Part shown: positions 28,048 to 37,739 of the stretch, piece after piece
Layout: the number at the start of each line of letters is the position of its first letter
How positions within the stretch are numbered: position 1 is the stretch's first letter
DNA from: Candidatus Atribacteria bacterium UBA6251
GTDB lineage: Bacteria > Atribacterota > Phoenicimicrobiia > Phoenicimicrobiales > Phoenicimicrobiaceae
Direction: 5' to 3'
Assembly (NCBI GenBank): GCA_002441285.1
Contig: DJVR01000045.1
Coordinates: 1,144-65,143 of the forward strand
Length of the DNA: 64,000 bases
Made by a program: the position numbers and the translations under genes
The notes under the pieces: generated by a model
The model's database searches: none
Told to the model about the DNA's origin: nothing
The model's input: only the letters and a program-made list of their open reading frames with translations

Positions 28048-29068
28048 TTTGCCGATACTCAGACAATACCTCGATAGTCCTATTCATTTCCCATTCTTCT
28101 CCTACAGTAAACCTGATAAATCGATCTTCTAAGCCTGAAAATTCATCCTTCCAGCCGGGTAAAGTATAGATATTTTTTTCTTTTAAATACCCCCAGATCT
28201 CCTCAGACTCTTCTTTGTTCCGCGCCTCTACTAAAACAAAATTTGCCTGTGAAGGATAAGCAAACCATCCCAGTTGGTTAATCTTTTGAGTAAAATCATC
28301 TCTAACCTTTTTAATTTTATCCCAAATTTTTTGATAATAATCCAGGTATTTTAGAACTTTACCAGCTGCTTTTTCAGCTAATCTATTCACTCTAAAACAT
28401 TGCCCATAAGCTGATATCTCTTTTATATTTTCCGCATTGGAAATAGCAAATCCTAATCTCAGTCCAGCTAATCCAAAATTTTTAGAAAAACTTCTTACAA
28501 TGATCAAGTTTTTATATTTTTCTATCAATCCTATGCTACTTTCTCCAAAATACTCATAATTACATTCATCTATCGCCACTATCCCTTTAGCTTTATTTAA
28601 TATTTCCATAATCTTTTCTCGAGAAATTCCCGTACCAGTAGGATTATTAGGATTACAGATCCAAACCAGAGATGCCTCTTTTAATTGGGAAGAGGAATAA
28701 TGAAGGTTATATTCTTTATTTTGTAAACAAGGGACCAATAATTTAGGTAGTTTTGATCTATCTGCACTAGCTTCATACTGGGAAAAGGTGGGAATAGGAA
28801 TTAATACTTTCCCGGGATATGCGCGAGTAATCATCTCAATAACTTCATCTGAACCATTAGCAGGCAAAATATTATCTACCTTCACCCCGGTATAATTCGC
28901 CAAAACTTCCTTGAGTTCATCATAGCCCCCTCCAGAAGGGTAGCGGTTAATTTCTTTTAACTCCTCAGCTAATTCTTGTAACAGCTCCTCAGGTAAGGGA
29001 TATTTCAAATAAGAGTTGGTTAAAAATATCTTTTTCCGGGCATAAGCATAATTTTCTTTATTGCTCAT
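27995..29068 (-). CDS. class I/II PLP-dependent aminotransferase (histidinol-phosphate aminotransferase / CobD-like)
   Basis: 357 aa with the PLP-lysine region RSFSKNFGLAGLRLGF. The last ~17 codons are the antisense of the tRNA-Leu gene. Confidence 0.7.
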   Translation of the reverse strand: MSNKENYAYARKKIFLTNSYLKYPLPEELLQELAEELKEINRYPSGGGYDELKEVLANYTGVKVDNILPANGSDEVIEMITRAYPGKVLIPIPTFSQYEASADRSKLPKLLVPCLQNKEYNLHYSSSQLKEASLVWICNPNNPTGTGISREKIMEILNKAKGIVAIDECNYEYFGESSIGLIEKYKNLIIVRSFSKNFGLAGLRLGFAISNAENIKEISAYGQCFRVNRLAEKAAGKVLKYLDYYQKIWDKIKKVRDDFTQKINQLGWFAYPSQANFVLVEARNKEESEEIWGYLKEKNIYTLPGWKDEFSGLEDRFIRFTVGEEWEMNRTIEVLSEYRQRCRRGDLNPHRHTPTTP

Positions 29069-29456
29069 TTAATGAGTTATTCTTCTCCTTTTCAATTCTT
29101 CTTAAATCTGCTTCTTTTAAACCAAAATAATGTCCTATTTCATGGATAACTACTTTCCTGATTGTCTCCCTTATCTCGTCTTTATTTTTGCACCTAATTT
29201 CAATCGGTTTCTTAAAAATAATTATGGTATCCGGAAGAACATTTCTATACCAGATCCCTCTTCGAGTATAAGGAACCCCTCTATAAACTCCTAAAAGACC
29301 ATAGGGAGAGGCAATATTCATCTCTCTGAGAAGCTCAAGAGAAGGTAAATCTTCAACCACTACCGCAATATTCTCCATCTTTTTTCTAAATTTTTCTGGC
29401 AATGAACTTAACGCCAGTTTAATTAACTCTTCAAATTCGTGCTGATTAATTTCCAT
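29058..29456 (-). CDS. small zincin-like metallopeptidase family protein
   Basis: 132 aa with the HEIGHYFG motif. Confidence 0.6.
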   Translation of the reverse strand: MEINQHEFEELIKLALSSLPEKFRKKMENIAVVVEDLPSLELLREMNIASPYGLLGVYRGVPYTRRGIWYRNVLPDTIIIFKKPIEIRCKNKDEIRETIRKVVIHEIGHYFGLKEADLRRIEKEKNNSLNEQ

Positions 29457-29940
29457 TTACTTTTTTCATCTCTTTTGATAGATCATCAATAAACTTTTTC
29501 ATCTTCTCGTAATAAATATTTCTCTTTATTTCTCTGGAGGTCACTTCCAGTAAGGAGAGTGGTTTCTTCCCGCAAATTTCTTCCATCTCCTTAAAAACCT
29601 TACTGTTGTCAGAACTTAGCCCCGAATAGAAAAAAGCTACCTGTGGGAAATTTTTTTTATGAATATTTAAATAAGTACGGATAGGTGCTGATATATTTCC
29701 TGCCCAGATTGGAGTCCCAATAACTATCAGCTCATAAAGGGAGGGATCATGCTTCACCTCCTTAAGTAAAGTAAGTCTTTTCTGCATAGCATCATTACCA
29801 GCACTTAAAAACCCCAATATGCCTTTCCTGGATTTAGTATCTAAAATTTCTTCTAAGTCAAATTTTAAGGCTGTAGAGATTTCCTGGGCAATCTTTCTGG
29901 TATTACCACTTCTGGAATAGAATACTACCAATCCTTTCAT
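29446..29940 (-). CDS. flavodoxin-family protein
   Basis: 164 aa with the N-terminal VVFYSRSGNTRKIA FMN-binding loop. Confidence 0.7.
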   Translation of the reverse strand: MKGLVVFYSRSGNTRKIAQEISTALKFDLEEILDTKSRKGILGFLSAGNDAMQKRLTLLKEVKHDPSLYELIVIGTPIWAGNISAPIRTYLNIHKKNFPQVAFFYSGLSSDNSKVFKEMEEICGKKPLSLLEVTSREIKRNIYYEKMKKFIDDLSKEMKKVNGN

Positions 29941-30074
29941 TAATATCCTCCTTTTTATTTTTCCATTACAAATTTCTTATTGCCACTAAAATTCTCTAAA
30001 TCTCTAAGTAGTATAAAAAATTTTCACAGAACAAGCACTATACATTTAATTTTATCATATTATTATAACCAAGC

Positions 30075-30115
30075 AAGATGTAAAAAAAAGTGCCAGGCAC
30101 TTTTTTTTACATCTT
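30075..30115. repeat. 41-bp perfect palindrome in the divergent flavodoxin/lexA intergenic region
   Basis: AAGATGTAAAAAAAAGTGCC-A-GGCACTTTTTTTTACATCTT. The right arm abuts or overlaps the lexA -35 TTGACA (30114-30119). Confidence 0.85.
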
Positions 30116-30120
30116 GACAT

Positions 30121-30132
30121 AAACATATGTTT
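30121..30132. promoter_or_regulatory. putative LexA operator (SOS box) in the lexA promoter
   Basis: The palindrome AAACATATGTTT (AAC-N4-GTT core, Cheo-box-like) lies between TTGACA (30114-30119) and TAAAAT (30137-30142). An identical 12-mer is at 31634-31645. Confidence 0.65.
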
Positions 30133-30175
30133 GTATTAAAATAGAGTTAAGTTAATCAACGAGGAGGTTCGAGCT

Positions 30176-30787
30176 TTGGCCAGAGAAAGATTATCCCCTA
30201 ATCATCTCAAGACTTTCCGGTTAATTTGTAAAAAGATTAACGAGCGGGGTTATCCCCCTACGGTCAGAGAAATTTGCCAGGAGGTTGGGGTAACCTCTTC
30301 CGCTACTGCACATAAATATCTCAATATTCTGGAAAAAAGAGGCTATATCAGAAGAGAAAAAGAGAGATCCAGAGCTATCAAGATTATTCCCCGCACTACA
30401 GGATTGCCGGTAGTAGGAAGTGTAGCCGCTGGAGAACCTCTTCTGGCTTTAAAGAACATCACTGAAATTATCCCTGTACCGGAGGAGCTCTCCGGCAATG
30501 AGGACAGCTTTATGGTAAAGGTAGAAGGTGATAGTATGATTGGAGACCATATCCTCGACGGAGACTACGTTATAGTTAAACCTCAGCAAGATGCGGAGAA
30601 TGGAGATATAGTCATAGCCCTCTTAAATCAGGAAGAAGTTACGGTTAAGAGATTATATAAAGAAAATAATCATATTATCTTACAACCTTCTAATCCTCTC
30701 TACCAACCTATCATCACTAAAGAAGTAATTATCTTAGGTAAAGTTACTGGAATATTAAGGAGATTAAAGGGAGGTAAAAAGTATTAA
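30176..30787 (+). CDS. lexA: LexA repressor
   Basis: 203 aa with an N-terminal wHTH, the Ala-Gly cleavage site VAAGEP, the catalytic Ser in GDSM and the Lys in VKRL. TTG start with a GAGGAGG RBS. Confidence 0.9.
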   Translation: MARERLSPNHLKTFRLICKKINERGYPPTVREICQEVGVTSSATAHKYLNILEKRGYIRREKERSRAIKIIPRTTGLPVVGSVAAGEPLLALKNITEIIPVPEELSGNEDSFMVKVEGDSMIGDHILDGDYVIVKPQQDAENGDIVIALLNQEEVTVKRLYKENNHIILQPSNPLYQPIITKEVIILGKVTGILRRLKGGKKY

Positions 30788-30789
30788 TT

Positions 30790-31599
30790 ATGCTCTATAT
30801 TGGTACCTCTGGTTTTAGTTATAAAGACTGGATAGGCCACTTCTATCCCGAACATACCGAGAAAAAAGAGATGCTCAAACTATATGCCCAGACATTTAAG
30901 ACAACTGAAATTAACTCTACCTATTATACTATACCTCATCCTTCTGTTTTTTATTATTTGCAACAAAAGGTCCCTGCTGACTTTAAATTTGCGGTAAAAG
31001 CCCACCAGGAGATGACCCATAGCCGGGAAGAAAATCCCAGTATTTTTAATGATTTTAAAGAGTCTATCCAACCCCTGATAGAATCAGGTAAGCTTGCCTG
31101 TGTACTGGCTCAATTCCCCTATTCTTTTTATAATACTCCTCTCAATAGGGATTATCTTCTCCGTTTTAAAAAAAGAATGGAAGCTTTACCCTTGGTAGTA
31201 GAATTTAGAAATGCTTATTGGATAAATGAAGAAACTTTTAGAATTTTAAAAAATAACGACATCGGTTTTTGTTGTGTAGATCAACCTGCTCTCAAAGGCT
31301 TGATCCCCCCTATTGCCGAAGCTACTTCTAACCTGGGTTATATCAGATTCCACGGGAGAAATAAAGCTAACTGGTGGGAACACCAAAAAGCCTACCAGAG
31401 ATACGATTACCTTTATACGGAAGAAGAATTAAAAGAATGGGTACCAAAGATTAAAAAGATTGCCGAAAAGACTGAAGACCAATATATATTTATGAATAAT
31501 CATTACCAAGCTAAGGCGGTAAAAAATGCCTTAATGCTAATTAAACTACTCCGAGAAGAACTCAAAATCAGAAAAATTAAAGAAAAAGAGGAATACTAA
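30790..31599 (+). CDS. DUF72 (YecE-like) family protein
   Basis: 269 aa beginning MLYIGTSGFSYKDWIGHFYP, characteristic of DUF72. It starts 2 nt after the lexA stop. Confidence 0.8.
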   Translation: MLYIGTSGFSYKDWIGHFYPEHTEKKEMLKLYAQTFKTTEINSTYYTIPHPSVFYYLQQKVPADFKFAVKAHQEMTHSREENPSIFNDFKESIQPLIESGKLACVLAQFPYSFYNTPLNRDYLLRFKKRMEALPLVVEFRNAYWINEETFRILKNNDIGFCCVDQPALKGLIPPIAEATSNLGYIRFHGRNKANWWEHQKAYQRYDYLYTEEELKEWVPKIKKIAEKTEDQYIFMNNHYQAKAVKNALMLIKLLREELKIRKIKEKEEY

Positions 31600-31633
31600 A
31601 GAAGAGGAGATTATTTTTTTTACCTCTAAATGC

Positions 31634-31645
31634 AAACATATGTTT
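31634..31645. promoter_or_regulatory. putative LexA operator upstream of dnaE2-dinB
   Basis: The same AAACATATGTTT 12-mer as in the lexA promoter, about 140 nt upstream of the dnaE2 ATG. Confidence 0.6.
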
Positions 31646-31784
31646 TTATTAATCATTAGGGAATAGTTGTTAATTGCTAATGGTTAGTTATTAGTGAATA
31701 GTGATTAGGGAAAAATACTGATCCTATAAATTGAAGGATTAGAGAATTGATAAATTAGTCGATCAATAGAAAGGATTTTAAAAG

Positions 31785-34700
31785 ATGAATATGGTGCATC
31801 TGCATGTCCATTCTCAATACAGTATGCAAGATGGTCTGAGCAGTATTGAAGAATTAATTAGAAAGGCTCTTAGTTTTAAAATGTCCGCTCTGGCTTTAAC
31901 TGATCATGATGGCCTTTATGGAGCAATTCCCTTTTATAAGCAGGCTCGTAAAGTCGGGATAAAACCCATTATTGGCTGTGAATTAAGAGTTAAAAATGAG
32001 CTAGCAAGTGGAAAAATCTATCATCTAATCCTTTTAGCTAAAGATCAAAAAGGATACCAAAATCTCTGTCAGTTGATCACCGGAGCACATTTATCCCATC
32101 CTGACTCTATCCCGGCCCTGGAGAAAGATATTCTACCCCAGCATAGCCAGGGAATTATTGCCTTAAGTGGTTGTAGTAGAGGAGAAGTAAATCAACTTCT
32201 GAGGGCAGAAAATAACAAAGAAGCAGAAAAAACTGCTGACTACTATCGACAGATATTTGGACCAGGAAATTTTTATTTAGAATTGTCTTTCCATGGCCTT
32301 CCTCAGGAAAGAGAAATTAATCACCGCCTGATCGAGCTAGGTAAAAAACTTAACCTTCCTTTAGTAGCTACTAACAATATTCATTATTTGGAAAAGAATC
32401 AGGCTTCTATTCAGCGTATTTTAAATAAGATCGCCAATTTAGGAACCAGGGAGAGATTTTATCATCCGAGGCTGGAAAGCGAGGAATATTACTTTAAATC
32501 TCCTGCAGAGATGAATCAGATATTTTCCCATCTTCCCCAGGCCCTAAAAAATTCAAGAGAAATCGCCGAAAAATGCAACTTATCCCTGGAACTGGGCAAA
32601 ATTCACCTCCCCACCTATCCTCTGCCTTCCCCTTATTCTTCGGCTCACGATTATTTGCAAGAACTCTGCCGGAAAGGGCTGAAAAAGTATTACCCTTCTC
32701 CCCCTCCAGAAGTTAAAAATCGCCTGGAATATGAATTAAAAATAATTAACCAGATGGGATTTGCCGGTTACTTCTTGATTGTCCGCGATATAGTTCACTT
32801 TGCCAAACAACATAATATCCCAGTAGGGCCGGGAAAAGGCTCTGCAGCCGGCAGTCTAGTCTCTTATCTCCTGAATATCACTGAGGTAGACCCGATCAAA
32901 TATCAACTCTTTTTTGAAAGATTTCTCAACCCGGAAAGAATAGATCTTCCAGACATAGATATCGATTTTGGCCAGGTAGGAAGAGATAAAGTAATCTCCT
33001 ATATCTTCAAAAGATTCGGACATAATCGCGTTACCCATGTGGGTACTATCACTACTTATGCTGCCCGTTCAGCCATTCGGGACACCGGGAGAGCGCTGGG
33101 TTTTCTTCCTCAGGAAATAGATAAACTTACCCGATTAATGCCTATCTTTACCTTCCCGGGAATAATTAAGGCTTCTTTAGAACAAATACCTGAATTACAA
33201 AAGCTCCCCCAAAATAAAGAACCCTTAAAATCTTTATTCTCCTTTGCTCAAGCCATTGAGGGTAAACCTCGACATCTTTCTGTTCACTCTTCTTCTGTGA
33301 TTATCTCCGACCAACCCCTCTCCACGATAATCCCTTTGGAAGTTTCTAATCGGGGAGAAATAGTTAGTCAATACGAGAAGGAAACTATTAAAGATTTAGG
33401 CTTATTAAAGATAGACCTTTTGGGTTCCCGCGCCCTCGCGGTAATTAAAAAAACTTTGCAAAAGTTAAAGGAAAAAAATATCTATCTTAATCTTAAAAAT
33501 ATTCCCCTTGATGATAAGTCTACCTTTTCTATCCTGCAAAAGGGTCAGACCCTGGGAGTATTTCAGGTAGAAAGCTCAGGAATGGCTTCTCTGCTGAAAA
33601 AACTTTCCCCTGCTCATTTAGAAGATTTAATTGCTGCCCTATCTTTATATCGTCCAGGACCACTGAATAGCGGAATGACTGAACTCTATCTCAAAAGAAA
33701 ACAACAAAAAGAAAAGGTTGTTTATTTACATCCCCAATTAGAATCTATTTTAAAAGATACTTACGGAGTTATTCTCTATCAAGAACAGGTTATGCAGGTA
33801 GTTTCTACTTTCGCCGGCCTCAGTCTGGGAGAAGCTGATCTCTTTCGTCGCGCCATCAGTTCTCGTTCACCAGTAGAAATGGAGAAGCAAAGAAATAACT
33901 TTCTTAAAAAAGCTATTCAGCAAGGAAATTCTAAAAAAGAGGCAGAAAATATCTTTAACCTTATCTCTAAATTTGCCCACTATGGTTTTAATAAAGCTCA
34001 CAGCACCTCTTATGCCTTAATCTCCTTTTACACCTGCTATCTCAAAGTACACTACCCTGCTTACTACTTTGCTTCTCTACTCAGCTATGGTATGGGTTAT
34101 TATTCCACTGACCGTTATATTCAGGAAGCTCGCCGCTTTGGAGTAAAAATACTCCTCCCCGATATCAATAAAAGTGAAGACACTTTTACCGTAGAAGAAG
34201 GCGCCATTCGAGTCGGGCTGAGTCAGGTAAAGGGAATGGGAGCAAAACATTTGGAATCCATCCTATCCTTACGCGAAAAATATCAAGGCTTTGCTTCCTT
34301 ATATGATTTTTGTTGCAAGATTAACGGCTCAAGAATAACCCAGTCCTTAATAGAAAATCTAATAAAGGTGGGCGCCTTTGATTTTACTGCTTACCCTCGT
34401 GCAGTATTGTTAACCCTTCTACCCCTAACCTTAAAAGAAATCAAAAAAAGGGGTAAAGAAGGGATGCAGAGGCAGATATACAAAAGAGAAGAAATTCCCT
34501 CTGTCGAACTTTCTATCTCAGGATCTATCCCTGTTTATCTTTTTTCTAAATTCCGACAAATGAATTTAGAAAAAGAGGTACTCGATTTATATATCAGCGA
34601 TCATCCTTTAAGTAAATACAATGGAAAACTACCTTCTTCCCCTCTTACCAGTTCAAATCAGATAAAAAACACCAGTGCTGGTCAATCTATCCTTATAGCT

Positions 34701-34976
34701 GGAATATTAATCCAGCTGAGAAGGCAGTTCACCAAACAAAAAGAGGTTATGGCTTTTCTCCTTCTGGAAGATAAGGCAGGTCTATTTGAAGTAATTGTTT
34801 TCCCCTTAATTTATCAGAAATACTCCTCTCTTTTTTATCCGGAAATCCCTCTTTTGATCGAGGGGATGGTAAATAAAAAGGATGGTGATTACAAAATAAT
34901 TGCCCGCAAGATAACTAATATTAATTTGTATCTTGGAAAAGAAAAAGTAAAGATAATAAAAGATATAAACAATTAA
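31785..34976 (+). CDS. dnaE2: DNA polymerase III alpha subunit, probable error-prone DnaE2 type
   Basis: 1063 aa with an N-terminal PHP domain (HLHVHSQYSMQDG) and a Pol III alpha core. It is short for a replicative DnaE, lies behind an SOS box, and is followed by a Y-family polymerase gene. Confidence 0.75.
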   Translation: MNMVHLHVHSQYSMQDGLSSIEELIRKALSFKMSALALTDHDGLYGAIPFYKQARKVGIKPIIGCELRVKNELASGKIYHLILLAKDQKGYQNLCQLITGAHLSHPDSIPALEKDILPQHSQGIIALSGCSRGEVNQLLRAENNKEAEKTADYYRQIFGPGNFYLELSFHGLPQEREINHRLIELGKKLNLPLVATNNIHYLEKNQASIQRILNKIANLGTRERFYHPRLESEEYYFKSPAEMNQIFSHLPQALKNSREIAEKCNLSLELGKIHLPTYPLPSPYSSAHDYLQELCRKGLKKYYPSPPPEVKNRLEYELKIINQMGFAGYFLIVRDIVHFAKQHNIPVGPGKGSAAGSLVSYLLNITEVDPIKYQLFFERFLNPERIDLPDIDIDFGQVGRDKVISYIFKRFGHNRVTHVGTITTYAARSAIRDTGRALGFLPQEIDKLTRLMPIFTFPGIIKASLEQIPELQKLPQNKEPLKSLFSFAQAIEGKPRHLSVHSSSVIISDQPLSTIIPLEVSNRGEIVSQYEKETIKDLGLLKIDLLGSRALAVIKKTLQKLKEKNIYLNLKNIPLDDKSTFSILQKGQTLGVFQVESSGMASLLKKLSPAHLEDLIAALSLYRPGPLNSGMTELYLKRKQQKEKVVYLHPQLESILKDTYGVILYQEQVMQVVSTFAGLSLGEADLFRRAISSRSPVEMEKQRNNFLKKAIQQGNSKKEAENIFNLISKFAHYGFNKAHSTSYALISFYTCYLKVHYPAYYFASLLSYGMGYYSTDRYIQEARRFGVKILLPDINKSEDTFTVEEGAIRVGLSQVKGMGAKHLESILSLREKYQGFASLYDFCCKINGSRITQSLIENLIKVGAFDFTAYPRAVLLTLLPLTLKEIKKRGKEGMQRQIYKREEIPSVELSISGSIPVYLFSKFRQMNLEKEVLDLYISDHPLSKYNGKLPSSPLTSSNQIKNTSAGQSILIAGILIQLRRQFTKQKEVMAFLLLEDKAGLFEVIVFPLIYQKYSSLFYPEIPLLIEGMVNKKDGDYKIIARKITNINLYLGKEKVKIIKDINN

Positions 34977-34997
34977 CCAGAAAGGGTCTAAAATAAA

Positions 34998-36209
34998 ATG
35001 ATGAGTGATAATCATCGTCTACCTATAATTCATCTGGATCTGGATGCATTCTTTGCTTCCGTAGAGCAAAGAGATAATCCGATTCATCAAGGAAAACCTC
35101 TAATCGTAGGTGGAATTAGTGATGGGGGTCGGGGCAACTTACAACGCGGGGTAGTCTGTGCTGCCTCTTATGAAGCCCGAAAATACGGTATCTATGCAGG
35201 CATGCCTATCTGGGAAGCACACCAGAAATGCCCGAAAGGAGTCTTTCTTCCTGCCCGACTAAATAAATATATCAAGGAATCCAGAAAATTCTTTCAGATC
35301 TGCAGTGATTATACTCCGCTAATCGAGCCTCTGGGTCTGGATGAGCTCTTTTTAGATATATCAGGTTGTGAAGCACTCTTTGGCTCGAGTGAAATTATTG
35401 CCAAAAAAATCAAAGAAAGAGTAAATCAGGAATTAGGACTTAAGGTTTCAGCGGGGATAGCTCAAAATAAACTTTTAGCCAAAATAGCCACTAATCTGGG
35501 AAAACCTGATGGCTTCTTTACCCTTTATCCTGAAGATGTCCCCAAGATTCTCTATCCTTTACCCTTATCTTCTCTCTGGGGTATAGGTAAGAAGACAGAA
35601 GAACGATTAAAAAAATCGGGTATCTATCTAATAGGTCAATTAGCTCAAATTCCTGAACCTGTTTTGGAAAATCTATTGGGGAAAAACGGAAAAAGACTAA
35701 AACTTCTTGCTCAGGGTCTGGATAACAGCTCGGTTACTATTCCCACTAGTAAAAAATCTATCAGTAAAGAAACGACTTTTAGTGCCAATATAACTGAAAG
35801 AAATATCTTAATCAAAGAACTACTAAAACTTTCTCAAGAAGTGGGTTATTATGCTCGCAAAGAAGGTTATCAAGGGAGAACTGTTACCTTAAAATTAAGA
35901 TTTCATAATTTTACTACTCTAAACAAATCGATCACCCTGGAGAATCCTACCCATATTGATGAAAACATCTTTAAAATAGCCCTAAAACTTCTTGATAAAA
36001 TAAAAATTAAAAAAGGAGGAGTAAGATTGCTGGGTATTAAGCTTTCTAATTTAACCTGTTCCAACCAATTAATACAACTAAATTTACTGAATAATAAAGA
36101 GAATAAATGGGTCCAGCTTACCTATACCCTGGATCGGCTTAGAGAAAAATATGGATTTACAGCTATAACCAGGGCAACTCTCTTAGAACAAGAAAAAATA
36201 GAGGATTAA
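34998..36209 (+). CDS. dinB: Y-family DNA polymerase IV
   Basis: 403 aa. IHLDLDAFFASVEQRDNP and GLDELFLDISG retain the catalytic D/D-E residues. It starts 21 nt after dnaE2. Confidence 0.85.
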   Translation: MMSDNHRLPIIHLDLDAFFASVEQRDNPIHQGKPLIVGGISDGGRGNLQRGVVCAASYEARKYGIYAGMPIWEAHQKCPKGVFLPARLNKYIKESRKFFQICSDYTPLIEPLGLDELFLDISGCEALFGSSEIIAKKIKERVNQELGLKVSAGIAQNKLLAKIATNLGKPDGFFTLYPEDVPKILYPLPLSSLWGIGKKTEERLKKSGIYLIGQLAQIPEPVLENLLGKNGKRLKLLAQGLDNSSVTIPTSKKSISKETTFSANITERNILIKELLKLSQEVGYYARKEGYQGRTVTLKLRFHNFTTLNKSITLENPTHIDENIFKIALKLLDKIKIKKGGVRLLGIKLSNLTCSNQLIQLNLLNNKENKWVQLTYTLDRLREKYGFTAITRATLLEQEKIED

Positions 36210-36418
36210 GAATTTTTATGGTACAAGAAAACTATAATAATATAAAGATATAAATCCTTTTTAATTCAAGTTTTTGTGGCTTAATCAATTCTATCAAGTA
36301 TCTATGGCCTGTTGATTATTAAATATAAATTTCTTTTGCCAATAATATTTAGGTAATACCATTCTTAACTTGCATTTAGAACCTTGAAAAACTGTTGATA
36401 TTACAATATATTTAGAGT

Positions 36419-36880
36419 ATGAAAATCTGCCCTCACTAAGGCAGTAAAAAATGGTGGCATCTTGCAACCGGTCAAATCAGGTATAGTAGCTGTGGCCTGA
36501 CCAGAAAAATGTCTAAAAATGTCTGGAAAAAGACTCGCATTTCACCTTACTGGGAAGGCAGGTTGGTGGATTATTTCTGTCTTGGTGTATCGGCTTATCG
36601 TCTGAGATTTCAAGTACCTTACAGCCAATTGACCCTCCAGAGATGTTTTAGAATGTTTAGAAAAACTATTTAGCAGGATACCATCAAAGACTTGGAACCT
36701 CTTTCTGGAGAGATCAAAATGGATGAAACCATGTTCGGTGGCAGAAGACCTGGAAAACGTGGCTGGGAAGCAACCGGTAAATAGATCATCTTTGGTAGCT
36801 ATCAGAGAAAGGGGAAAGTCTTTACTTTTCTTATCTCATTACGGGCCAAAGAGACCCTGCGACCCTTAAAAAAGTGATTT
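36419..36880 (+). pseudogene. IS1595-family (ISXO2-like) transposase remnant
   Basis: The reading MKICPH*GSKK... has a stop inside the zinc ribbon. It continues ...GEIKMDETMFGGRRPGKRGWEATGK*IIFGSYQRKGKV, with in-frame stops and truncation. Confidence 0.65.
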
Positions 36881-36965
36881 CAAATAACGGTTTGCGGATA
36901 CAAGAAGTTGCGTGATGAGCAATTTGGGGCAATCTTTGATTTCCTTTTTATCCGCTGTTAGATGA
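36880..36965. repeat. attC-like structured repeat, copy C
   Basis: TCAAATAAC-GGTTT-GCGGATA ... TATCCGC-T-GTTAGATGA. This gives an outer box (7/9 complementary), an asymmetric bubble and a perfect 7-bp inner box. It shares the ...CCGCTGTTA... end with copies A and B and sits just 3' of the ygjP stop. Confidence 0.5.
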
Positions 36966-37028
36966 TCCAAAGGGCAAGGTTGTAAAGCAAACGCAGAGTG
37001 CCAGAGCCCACCTAAATTGATTTTCATG

Positions 37029-37739
37029 TTATAACCTTAACAAATAGTTGTTCTTCTTCAGCCAGTCATTATATTTTTCATAGTCAGGGAGCAACATTTT
37101 AACCTTATTCCAGAATGCTTTCGTATGATTTCTCTCTTCAAGATGAACAAGTTCATGGACAATAACATAATCTATTACGGGCAAAGGAGCCATAATAAGT
37201 CTCCATGAAAAATTCAAATTTCCATTAATAGAAGAAGATCCCCATCTTTTTTGTGCACCTGTAATATTTATCTTATTGAATTTAAAACCTTTTTTATTTG
37301 CATAAATTTTAATTCTTTCTGATATTTTTTCGTAAGCCATCTTTTTATACCATTCAACAAATAAATCTCTTGCCTTCGGTAAGGTATCTTTTGAAAGATA
37401 AAATCTATTTTCAAATTTCAATGGTACTTCCATATCATCCACAATTTCTAATTTGTAGTATCGTCCAAGATAGAGAAAACCTTCACCGCTTATAAATTCC
37501 TTGGGAACAAATTTTGGGTCTCTTAAGGCTATTTCCATTTTCTTTTGTTTAATCCAATCTTTGTGTTTAGATACAACTCTCATAATGGTTTCATTGCTAA
37601 CATCAAAAGGCGCTTTTACAATTAGTGTGGCATCATCTGTTATCTGTAAGGCTATACTTCTCCTTTTTGTTCTTATGATTTCTTTTATTTCTATATCTCC
37701 TACATTCATAGTCCTATCTCCTATATATATGCCCGGCAA
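37029..37739 (-). CDS. YgjP-like M48/DUF45 zinc metallopeptidase (type I R-M associated)
   Basis: 236 aa with an HELVHL motif. It overlaps the 3' end of hsdR by 26 nt. Confidence 0.75.
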   Translation of the reverse strand: MPGIYIGDRTMNVGDIEIKEIIRTKRRSIALQITDDATLIVKAPFDVSNETIMRVVSKHKDWIKQKKMEIALRDPKFVPKEFISGEGFLYLGRYYKLEIVDDMEVPLKFENRFYLSKDTLPKARDLFVEWYKKMAYEKISERIKIYANKKGFKFNKINITGAQKRWGSSSINGNLNFSWRLIMAPLPVIDYVIVHELVHLEERNHTKAFWNKVKMLLPDYEKYNDWLKKNNYLLRL

